Shown here: positions 20,301-25,171 of the stretch, piece by piece
How the letters are laid out: the number at the start of each line of letters is the position of its first letter
Position numbering within the stretch: position 1 is the stretch's first letter
IMG/VR virus record: IMGVR_UViG_3300031510_000027
Location: 1-30,289 of that record
Direction: 5' to 3' (one strand)
Origin: a virus
Taxonomy: Duplodnaviria; Caudoviricetes
Length of the DNA stretch: 30,289 bases
Notes under the pieces: model-generated
Database searches by the model: none
Told to the model about the DNA's origin: nothing
What the model saw: the letters and a program-made list of their open reading frames with translations, nothing else
Made by a program: the position numbers and the translations under genes

Positions 20301-21206
20301 AACAATATCATCAGCTAGATTTATTTTTACTGTTGTTGTAATGTCTTTAATTTGTAATATCCCATACATTGAATCATGGTTCCCACATTGATAGTACAAC
20401 GTAGCAGGCCCTGTTGCTGGTACAGTAAATGTCACTGTGCCATTATCTGTTCCGTTGTTAGTAACGCCTGTAGAATAAACTGTCGAAGTTGATCCGTCCT
20501 CACTGATTTTACTCTTATAAGGTTCTGTCATTATCCACAACGGATGACCTTTTGCATTTACATTAAATTTGTATGTGTTGCCTCTGTAAAGCGTCAATAT
20601 TGGATTGTTCTCATTTTCTCTGTGTGCAAAATTGTAGGCACCTTTTGCTTTATTCTCTACAGAATATTCTGCAACTGCATTTGGTCCAACGGAATCAAGC
20701 GATATAGCACCAGGGCCAATTGGCATCCAATAGTACTCTCGGTAATTAATTAACTTATCGTAATCAATCGACGGGTTCCATGAGTATACTGCTTCTTTTG
20801 AAAGTCTATCATGATTGTCAGTGTTACCACCTAAAAATTTAATTTGATTTATATAATCATCATATGTTCCTGTAAACTTAACTTGGTCTTCAGGGTTTAG
20901 TGACGTTGTGTCTCTGTCTGTGTAAGTTACAGCAGGCTCTAATTGGTAAGCCATTCTATCTCGAGATGTTGCTGGAAGATATCTGTCTGTAGGTTTTCTT
21001 GTAGTAGCGTCTTGTTTACCTACAAAACCATCTAGTCTTTCCAATGATCCTTTTTGTACTAGTGGATCTAATGTGCTTGATAAAAATCTTTGGTTGGCAT
21101 CTGTTCTATAAAAAGCTGGTAAGTGTTGAACCGTACGTCTGTACTCATTATTGCCTTGTTTGACAACTTCTTGGTTTGCTTGTGAATTTATTGAATTATC
21201 TGCCAT
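8382..21206 (-). CDS. Giant multidomain baseplate wedge/virion structural protein (T4 gp7 position)
   Basis: 4274-aa open frame coupled to gp6 by a TAATG overlap. N-terminal QHLPAFYRTDANQRFL and internal YQGYIREKGTQNAID resemble gp7/gpI-type wedge motifs; YINEVKPFHTK motif; C-terminal IFIDKERIEY...RGTLGT...H..GAEV virion domain; many accessory modules. Confidence 0.75.
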   Translation of the reverse strand: MADNSINSQANQEVVKQGNNEYRRTVQHLPAFYRTDANQRFLSSTLDPLVQKGSLERLDGFVGKQDATTRKPTDRYLPATSRDRMAYQLEPAVTYTDRDTTSLNPEDQVKFTGTYDDYINQIKFLGGNTDNHDRLSKEAVYSWNPSIDYDKLINYREYYWMPIGPGAISLDSVGPNAVAEYSVENKAKGAYNFAHRENENNPILTLYRGNTYKFNVNAKGHPLWIMTEPYKSKISEDGSTSTVYSTGVTNNGTDNGTVTFTVPATGPATLYYQCGNHDSMYGILQIKDITTTVKINLADDIVGVKNYSLRTLDLSNGMKITFDDGAISEEYKNKQYYVEGVGESITLTDVDDLITPGPYSEEATVPYDAVGYDTRPYAKAVYTAKDKDYITIKRDSRDQNAWSRYNRWFHRSVIEETARISGFTPVLNEDDRAKRPIIEFDSGLELYNHGTVAKRSVTLYDTVTTDAFSTVVKQTGYIVDGLALADGMRIVFANDTDPLVSGIIYNVNFVNAGDSTQLIALTKATDGSPADNESIFIEYGTAHQGKTLYYDSTTKLWVDSQQKTKLNQEPLFNIFDESLTSFDDAIKYPSSSFAGAKIFSFATSDTAVTDTVLGMKVKYSTINNVGNIMFDSDHTSDSFTYKLGEKTVSKRLASGHLHYTSLTTLQNYRGPWVKRTNNSKQRVIRTHIADSTESQLFAVDFYKNSAALTDLELSVKVNGVRKTITTDYTLVNGTTNKYIKFIKNLKVGDQIRIAGYSSANKIVNKGIYEVPENLSTNCENEALGTFTYGQILNHVYDMFDKNQDVTGQIPGTSNLRDKPDARLKGGTIIQHEGSLLPAIFGLIDSESNLSLALDYVNLEYEKWYSAFLTHAVKTAYEGVARDRVDEIIKAITPGRTTSFPFYYEDMIGWGENVSTRTHIVAGATQTEYAIDSQHDITALSNRAVYIYLNGELLLVGSDYTFSTVDDSITVTRPLAEGNTIVIKDYADTKGSYMPPSPTKLGMYPKFKPEVILDDTYITTTSMIRKHDGSFIKAYGDERDDLIIELERRIYNNIKTVYDGSLSHICDVTPSVFTATDYSLAEVDGVMSRDFHTWAGRNNVQYINNTTFSEGSPFTYNYANSTDRVKNEKLPGYWRGIYKYFYDTDAPHVRPWEMLGHSEKPSTWNATYGTAPYTSGNDVLWTAIETQTGRYSKPGIKNYLPVDASGNLLDPITAGLVDALNIPGRRSGWKFGDQAPSETSWRRSSSYPFTVIKTLALTQPARFFSNMFDPSRQTTNIGGNQIDKDTEIRKTLKTTKYHLQTSTNTATGVTTTYLTAGYQPLVVGYITSKNLDPNPLYYKKMSNLKTQLAYKLGGFTDKDNLKILTDSTSPGSTSGSKFIPDENYKIMFRTSNAIKSFNYSGVLIEKNTDVSHDGSTLLGGFKVLGYSTTDPYFKFKYPVKTAVGNKLSVAGSVEVIGYNIFKEAVQTIPYGYVFNTVQEVADFLLGYGNYLEAQGFRFNKYSNEIKETLNWSNAVREFLFWTTQEWAPGSAVTVSPAAHGFELDTDNSIVGKLQNLAGDYSLLDAGGRKIPIRQVSTKRIGKTFDLEIKDENIGLYHIALNTVQKEHIILFDNKTVFADIIHEPTTGFRQNRLKVVGWKTAGWNGDYYAPGFIFDSAQVTYWTANTDYRIGDSIEYQGKFYVARFNHGATSSFDVSQWILKDEKPAPQLIPNFDYKISQFNDFYNLETTNFDESQQKLAQKLIGYQSRDYLENLFVNDVSQYKFYQGYIREKGTQNAIDRLLKAKYEDQDIALDLYPEWMLRTGQFGNTDSIENIQIRLHDDVITANPNSFELFDTSNEKVEYTRSDAIVKSDMYYKPVDYNAATTFSRLDYSKEGSSRDHAQVYKTAGYPQLGQVHHTAFNISDLLKLDMTRVTQNELIWVANKSNSDWDVFRLTNQSYKIQQLKRINDDSQLQITFTDSHGLSAGTTTSQSDYFGITNSKTENLDGVYQVLSVVDHKNIVIDFSLNTPFSETLADGSTADSYGNIYKFISVRLSSMDNVNDLLSYADYQDKLENIGRTGDTVFTDADSSGLWRVYEKQDPYATTLQLSPDTTTAGQHFGQQIVARNDGRTLVVSAPGLGQGNINFLFRREATAGSTFATQSVITTSAGNDFTGKLGESLSMSTDENFIVAGGPYTNSLGSDGSTRFADAGLLKIFVWNPSTFKYGTLTTKLPPFDQASQNFGWAHKICEPGADSVRSTPVKYLFASAPGFGTDTGRIYMYEWGVGADGSTYSRWSQNLVITSSDPGQGKRFGHRLEANDNGDILAVSSVAPGQAGKVEIFVRTSQANDDSTNHSFTHVQTLEGTSADGSSLNTAFGEALTMSKDGTTLMIGAPGVDKSDQADAGAIYYYKWNADGSTSTYTLQQTVNAPDSQINMKFGTTLAINPSGNRLVIGAESFASPRNMKIDLGETTFDLQDTGLVDNNIQSGGAYTATMYNTKFIIDDRLMTDNVSAMDDFGRGTCVVDNAVVIGAPKDDGNTSADGSTKIANDGTVTVFDLKENGKYSWNNTVTETALIDLEKVGQVFEFDNRSKEIRDHYDLYDPIKGRILGIADREINIKTTWDPAQYNTGENANTKTPWAETHIGEVWWDLSAVKWLWYEQGSQEYKINNWGNTFPGSSIDIYEWTESLLSPEQYNTESISAGRSANALDENKYTIKQKYNSTLDTFVDCYYFWAKDVSSIPANSVVKRNNSILFTANLIRNPKQYDFKYYSITDTNKFILNNISNLVNGDIILSVDIRSNTFEGDSHSVWKLAREGDKDYRPGTQIEKRWWDSLIGQNTAGDKVPDIDLPINQRYGNSIRPRQSWYVNRFDALKEIIDYANNVLKKYQLVGQINLTNLDAKEPEPTVQSLEWDATVDTYADLKYINTADLSGTVKYLVKADETSNNFWAIYTWDGTEFSRTKLQTYNTSTYWNYTDWYGTDLAIHGMLHDSNTKIDKQVTYEYELDGLDLSIGKHVKVTSADTGGWKLFMKTTTGWENVGTENGTVRLSTKLYDYTQDATGFAGDDTFDENFFDQEPANETRMILTALRDDLFIGDLAGEYNTLFFTGLRKVLAEQTYVDWLFKTSFINVKNSVRKLDQRKSYETGTDAWIESYINEVKPFHTKLREYKLGYTGTETQDGIFTDFDNPPLYDTKTKKIRPLDVNIDTAKLTELPYQMWNDYHKKYVSSIIITKGGSGYDVAPDVTVLGGTVGSTGPFQIQATSSSGGTSGNYGYYYPLFTSEQQAKVYDTQNSGSGTTHTHTFDGIVGTFYMPTGSTNHAQTTKSGTFKMYVAPSTTTAKGIATIQNGAVTKITLTDTGANYTTTPTVMLTGGLTLGGTPTDTAKAYANLNNDLVRDFNTTIKFDRVSSTSNVKEWKASTYFAYGDLIRYSNQLYKATSAFTATTKFDDNKGNVYKVYGNETGLTAADRTKGFYTPGSGMPGNELSQVMTGVDYGGTMVTGLLFSQESGWDKAGWYDFPWDNYGQSRVKAFTADGSTTAYTFATAPTTTDLYQVYITHGDSTRRKLTDVIRGDGSTVTFNISETADSNALVEFIPFDDDGVLTPTDDRTLDSIVKGGLFTSALGHAPSDILLEGDDFISPDTSYAPEETVPGQMFDTVDIKVYTSPESGVPFISENNYIGNGTLTTFSIGDYPGTIGSVTVSVNGSVKKLTTDYTVNVANKTITFGSAPASNSSVSTKVFAISGENYRVLDQYTGDGSTTQFKTSTRGEFNLDSTVSDVYITINGVPTTAFTTTTTANAVTVTFNSAPAANTFIQVAGFNKSTTSTRSFASVRNQEVTYVSGTNRYTLTYPAGSIGPFSGLTTIEVNGRVLRGPDNTYYVGDGSTYTYGVVSGLGDDSTVDPAKNITNANQVQVFVNGVQKLLNTDYTVDIGGQNVIFVTSPTSTDVICISTLVDNHYYNQGTDIILIPGAITSPYSISNGDKLSVTTFNNALGMKHRREVLEGRANGIFKLRFNPLNSTYTYVWLNGVQLIQNIDYTLSGNTITVFGKTIVSSDRLDIMYFALESATGATGFRIFKDMLNRTFYKRINKNATTELTQDLIEGSKTITVKDGSIMPTPDIASNQPGVIFIDKERIEYFTKTTNVLGQIKRGTLGTGIKVHGSGAEVVDASATQTIPYADTVHTNTFTGNGSTTVFALSQTPASASELDIFIGGQRLLLTSEDGSTINYSVDGSSTTVTLSTVPADGTQIKILHKKGQVWYTGADGNPANGKGLQASTTQQARFIADEPTNAPE
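8500..10690 (-). repeat. Tandem beta-sandwich-like protein repeats (G-D/N-G-S-T-x-x-F ... V-x-V-N-G ... D-Y-T ... I-T-F-x-x-x-P)
   Basis: At least six degenerate units, e.g. VTVSVNGSVKKLTTDYTV..TITFGSAP, VQVFVNGVQKLLNTDYTV..VIFVTSP, YVWLNGVQLIQNIDYTL. Two more copies lie near 18270-18460 and 18950-19130. Boundaries approximate. Confidence 0.7.
13590..14950 (-). repeat. Seven FG-GAP (integrin-alpha-like) repeats, predicted beta-propeller
   Basis: HFGQQI..LVVSAPG; KLGESL..IVAGGPY; NFGWAH..LFASAPG; RFGHRL..LAVSS; AFGEAL..LMIGAPG; KFGTTL..LVIGAE; DFGRGT..VVIGAPK. Confidence 0.8.
20340..20670 (-). other. Cupredoxin-like domain within the giant protein
   Basis: NPILTLYRGNTYKFNV..GHPLWI...VTFTVP..GPATLYYQCGNHDSMYGILQI; His221, Cys274, His277, Met280. 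Confidence 0.7.
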
Positions 21207-24200
21207 TAGTATCCAGCCCCACTACTGCCGGAAGTTGATCCCGATCCTGTTGTAGTAGAGCCTGACACTGTTGATCCTGATGTGGTGTTTGTAGTAGATG
21301 TCGATGTGTTTGTTACTACTGTACCGGAAGCCGATAGTTGATTGGCTCCTAGTGCTGTAATAATTGTAACATCATTAACGGTGGCCCCACTAATAAAAAT
21401 TTCATCTGCCGCTGAATCTATCTGGAACAAAGACCCAAACCCTTGTCCTGACTGATTTGGCACAATAACTGCTGTAAGCAAGTCTGGTGCTAGTGCATTG
21501 TGTACAAAAGCGGCTAGTTCTGTAAAATAAAAAGTATCTCCAAAATCCCAATTATCTAGTGCAAAGAATTGGTTGATTGCGGCAATTACTCGTGTTTTAA
21601 TAACTGCATCTGTTACGTTTGTTTTTGGATTTTTTACAACCTTAAATGTTGCTTGTAATTGTTCATCTGCATTTGTACCAAATAATATTTTATATTTTAC
21701 TGGATGATATATTATTTGATCTGCTAACGATTTCATAGGGTTAAGTATGCCGGAATAATTTATTCTCATTTGATTAGATGTTGATGGTGCCGGAAAAGTT
21801 CCGCCATCTTGTAACCATATTCTATAAAGATTATCATATGTTCTTTCTAGCATGTACACATCTACAATGTTAGACACACTCGGGTCAATTCTAGTTTCTT
21901 GTCCTGCATTGTGTTTGTACTGGAAACTTATTGAACTTCTCCCTCTTCTTGCTATGTAATCTGTTGTTGTTGCTAATGTGTTTGTTGTCGAATTATATTT
22001 TTTAATAATATCTTCAGATGAATCATAAAAGTAAAATAACTGTCCGTTAGTATAAGTTGATGAATCTAAAGTAATATCAGTTTCTTTTGCTGTTACAACA
22101 AAATTTGTTGATGCATAAGGTCTAAATCTAGATATATTATTGTATGATATATATTTTTCTTGGAATACAAATTTTGTACTAATGCTTAGATCAGGTTCAA
22201 CAATGATATCAAATATTTCCGGATTGTCTACTATACCATCATCATCATTATCATAAAAGCCAACCTTAACCTTTCTATTATCTTGGAAACCGTCTGCTTC
22301 TGTAACTGTGTCTACTACTTGCCATGTAATTGGATAACCAACGGAATTACTTGTAGAAACAAGTGAGTTTGTTTTCAACAGTTTTACTGTGTCTTTAACA
22401 CTAGTTCCTAATTTGTAATCATAAATTTTTTCCTGTGTATCAAAATGAAATTTGTTCTGCGATTCTGATTCAAAAATATATTCTAATTTTCTGTATGTAA
22501 CTGTATATGTGTTACCGTCGTTTGTAAATTTGAACCACCAACTAGCATCTGCATTTGTGCCTGCTGTTGATCCTTCGTTTGTTGAGCTAAACACATCACT
22601 TGCACTTAAATTTGTTGATGTAATAACTTTCCAAGTTTCTGTGTCCCAATCATATCTCAATCCAAATTCTTCGTATGCTTCAATTCTATCAACAACATCT
22701 GTTTCTAATGCTGTTGCAAATGATGTTGTAAAGTTTGGAATCACAGCACTAACCACAGAACCAGCTGGCAATATATTATTCAATGTTACTGGACCTGCTC
22801 CCGACTCTAAATTTCCTACTCCGCCGTTTGCACCATCGCCCGATACTGCACCAATTTTTGCCCATACTCTATCTTCTGCGTTATCAGTTGTTGATGTTAC
22901 TAATGTACTGTTTAAAAACTTTCTAGTGTCAGGAGATGTAAACTTAACCAATGCCCCCGGTTTAACGTATTTTAAATTTGAAGTTGCAAAATCGCCTACT
23001 ACTAATGGACCAGCGGCTTTAATATAACCTGTATTGGTGTTTGTTGACGTAGTAGTCGAATTCCAAGTTGCTGTTAGTGTGCTTAAATCTTTTGTGCCGT
23101 ATTTCAAATAGTAAAATTGTCTTGCGTACGGAGTTTTTAATTTTGCTTCTACTTTAGTATCTAGTGTAGATTGTATATCGCTTTTGGTATTAAATGTAAA
23201 TGTAAATCTTTGTGTCGATTCTTCTCTGTACAATATTCCATCCTCAGCAAACACACTCACGTTTGAGTAAGCCCCTGTTGGATCTAATATTTCTTTTGCT
23301 CTCGAAATACCTGAAGCAGATCTGTTTACTGATTTAACTTTAACAATTTCTTGTGATGCTGAAAGAGGTACTACTTGATAATCTTCAGCAGTAATCATTC
23401 TGTTCTGTGCATAATACACTTGTCCTGCTTTTTGTTTTATTGAAGCATTTGATTCTGTTGCCGCCGCATTGTAAACACTAGCTTGTAGGCTCATTGTTAT
23501 TGACAATGTTTGTTGTCCACTGTTAGCATCTACGTAAGGTACCGAAACTTGTATATTCTGCATGTCAGCAGGTTGAATAGCGTACTTGTCATTATCACTT
23601 ATTCTGTAATATGCTTTAAAAGAACCTAATGGGAGATTAGAAAAGTTTCCATCGCCAAACACTAAATCAACTGTGTCGTTCGCTTTTGTAACAACATTAT
23701 AAATGTCTCTTTCTGATTTAGATAACGAATTGTAAATTGCATTATTTCCAGACAGTGCTGGAACCTGTGTCCATTTTTTTGTTATTTGTCCAAATTGATC
23801 TAATTGATATAACCAAACATCACTGTTGTTAATGTTTGGGGTATCTAGTGTCTCTATGTAATTTGTAATCGCCGAGTTAACTGTAAAAGTTGATTGCTGT
23901 ATATTTCCTTGTTTGAAAAGGAAGAAAAATCCTGTGTTGTTTGAACTGTCTCCAGCACCATCATTTCTGTAGGTGTATGTTAATCCTGTGCCTTCTATAG
24001 GATTTGATTCATAAATCGATTCTGAATCTTCAAGTGTCGATGGTACTATTTCAAAAGCTCTGCTTATTCCGCCAACGTTTGAAGAAAAATTAAACATTGG
24101 TAAGTCTGATTGGTTCGAACTTAACGTGTAAACTTCTGTGCTAATGCCACCTATCTTTGCCGACTCTCTAGGCTGACCAAATAATTGTCCTGTTTGGTTT

Positions 24201-24688
24201 GCGGCATTTAATATTGCAGTAAATTGTTCTCTGTAATTCGAGTTTGCAGAGTCATTCCAAATAATTGTGCTGTTAGCAAGGTTACTGCCTGACGAATCTG
24301 TTACATCTTGTGTTGTTGAAATTGCATTAATTTTTAGTAGGCCTGTTGCTGGCTGATTTCTTTTAGCATTGTAATTGATTAGCCTTGCTAATCTTAAAAT
24401 GGAGTTTCTTCTTTCTGCTGTTTCTAAAAAGTTTTCTCTAGCATTTAAATCAACTCTGAAAGATAATGCTTGAGCAATATAGGCTATTAGATCTAAGAGT
24501 GCCACATACTCAGAACTTTCAACAAAGTCATTGAAGTCATCTGGATAATTTTCTTTAAGGTAATTGACCATTGTTCTACGAAGGGTTTCAAAATCGTAGG
24601 ATTTAAAGTCTGCTTGTTGGAAGGATTGGTAAATCTTTCTCCAATCTTCTGCAACTAATAATCTATTTTGTCTATCTGTAGTGGCCAT
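21206..24688 (-). CDS. gp6: Baseplate wedge subunit, T4 gp6 / baseplate J-like
   Basis: 1160 aa. N-terminal YDFETLRRTMVNYLKENYPDDFNDFVESS...LLDLIAY...NARENFLETAERRNSILRLARLINY; LVFGDGNF; ESNASIKQKA...QNRMITAEDY. Lies directly after gp25. Confidence 0.9.
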   Translation of the reverse strand: MATTDRQNRLLVAEDWRKIYQSFQQADFKSYDFETLRRTMVNYLKENYPDDFNDFVESSEYVALLDLIAYIAQALSFRVDLNARENFLETAERRNSILRLARLINYNAKRNQPATGLLKINAISTTQDVTDSSGSNLANSTIIWNDSANSNYREQFTAILNAANQTGQLFGQPRESAKIGGISTEVYTLSSNQSDLPMFNFSSNVGGISRAFEIVPSTLEDSESIYESNPIEGTGLTYTYRNDGAGDSSNNTGFFFLFKQGNIQQSTFTVNSAITNYIETLDTPNINNSDVWLYQLDQFGQITKKWTQVPALSGNNAIYNSLSKSERDIYNVVTKANDTVDLVFGDGNFSNLPLGSFKAYYRISDNDKYAIQPADMQNIQVSVPYVDANSGQQTLSITMSLQASVYNAAATESNASIKQKAGQVYYAQNRMITAEDYQVVPLSASQEIVKVKSVNRSASGISRAKEILDPTGAYSNVSVFAEDGILYREESTQRFTFTFNTKSDIQSTLDTKVEAKLKTPYARQFYYLKYGTKDLSTLTATWNSTTTSTNTNTGYIKAAGPLVVGDFATSNLKYVKPGALVKFTSPDTRKFLNSTLVTSTTDNAEDRVWAKIGAVSGDGANGGVGNLESGAGPVTLNNILPAGSVVSAVIPNFTTSFATALETDVVDRIEAYEEFGLRYDWDTETWKVITSTNLSASDVFSSTNEGSTAGTNADASWWFKFTNDGNTYTVTYRKLEYIFESESQNKFHFDTQEKIYDYKLGTSVKDTVKLLKTNSLVSTSNSVGYPITWQVVDTVTEADGFQDNRKVKVGFYDNDDDGIVDNPEIFDIIVEPDLSISTKFVFQEKYISYNNISRFRPYASTNFVVTAKETDITLDSSTYTNGQLFYFYDSSEDIIKKYNSTTNTLATTTDYIARRGRSSISFQYKHNAGQETRIDPSVSNIVDVYMLERTYDNLYRIWLQDGGTFPAPSTSNQMRINYSGILNPMKSLADQIIYHPVKYKILFGTNADEQLQATFKVVKNPKTNVTDAVIKTRVIAAINQFFALDNWDFGDTFYFTELAAFVHNALAPDLLTAVIVPNQSGQGFGSLFQIDSAADEIFISGATVNDVTIITALGANQLSASGTVVTNTSTSTTNTTSGSTVSGSTTTGSGSTSGSSGAGY

Positions 24689-24713
24689 TGTTTTTTATTA
24701 ATGTTAACAACGG

Positions 24714-24721
24714 TATTTATA
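24714..24721 (-). promoter_or_regulatory. T4-type late promoter TATAAATA
   Basis: Exact match to the T4 gp55 consensus in the gp25-gp6 gap, 25 nt upstream of the gp6 ATG. Confidence 0.7.
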
Positions 24722-24741
24722 GGATATATTAAGTGCGTACT

Positions 24742-25155
24742 TTAAGATAGGCGTAACAGTGAGTTCTCATCAAAGTTAAATTGTAGTTTCTCTGTGATGT
24801 TTAGTGGAACATACGTTATTGACGCCTGTATAGCTATGCCTGAGTCTGCTTCAGTGACTGTTATATCGCTTGTGGATAGCCTAGGGTCAGCATTTAAATT
24901 TTCTGTTACATCTTCGAGTATTGCGTCTTTTAGAGCTTCTGTGAAGGGTTCAAATATAGCATCATATATGATTGTACCAAACTCTGGATTTTCAACACGT
25001 TCACCTTTACGCACTGATAATCTATTAATTAGATCCTGCTTGGCAACTTCAAAATCGTATAGTTTAAAATTTTGATATTCTGCTCTTGACGAAAAACCTT
25101 TGAAAGTGACTTTCCCAGCGCCTGTGTTATTTGATGAATTTGAATCGTATGCCAT
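24742..25155 (-). CDS. gp25: Baseplate wedge subunit, gp25/GPW family (sheath initiator)
   Basis: 137 aa. AKQDLINRLSVRKGERVENPEFGTIIYDAIFEP...NADPRL matches the gp25 signature GER..P.FG......FE...EPR. Confidence 0.92.
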   Translation of the reverse strand: MAYDSNSSNNTGAGKVTFKGFSSRAEYQNFKLYDFEVAKQDLINRLSVRKGERVENPEFGTIIYDAIFEPFTEALKDAILEDVTENLNADPRLSTSDITVTEADSGIAIQASITYVPLNITEKLQFNFDENSLLRLS

Positions 25156-25161
25156 ATACTA

Positions 25162-25167
25162 TATTTA
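25162..25167 (-). promoter_or_regulatory. Putative late promoter (TAAATA)
   Basis: Minus strand GATTAAATA-TAGTAT-ATG; 6 nt to the gp25 ATG. Confidence 0.5.
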
Positions 25168-25171
25168 ATCC

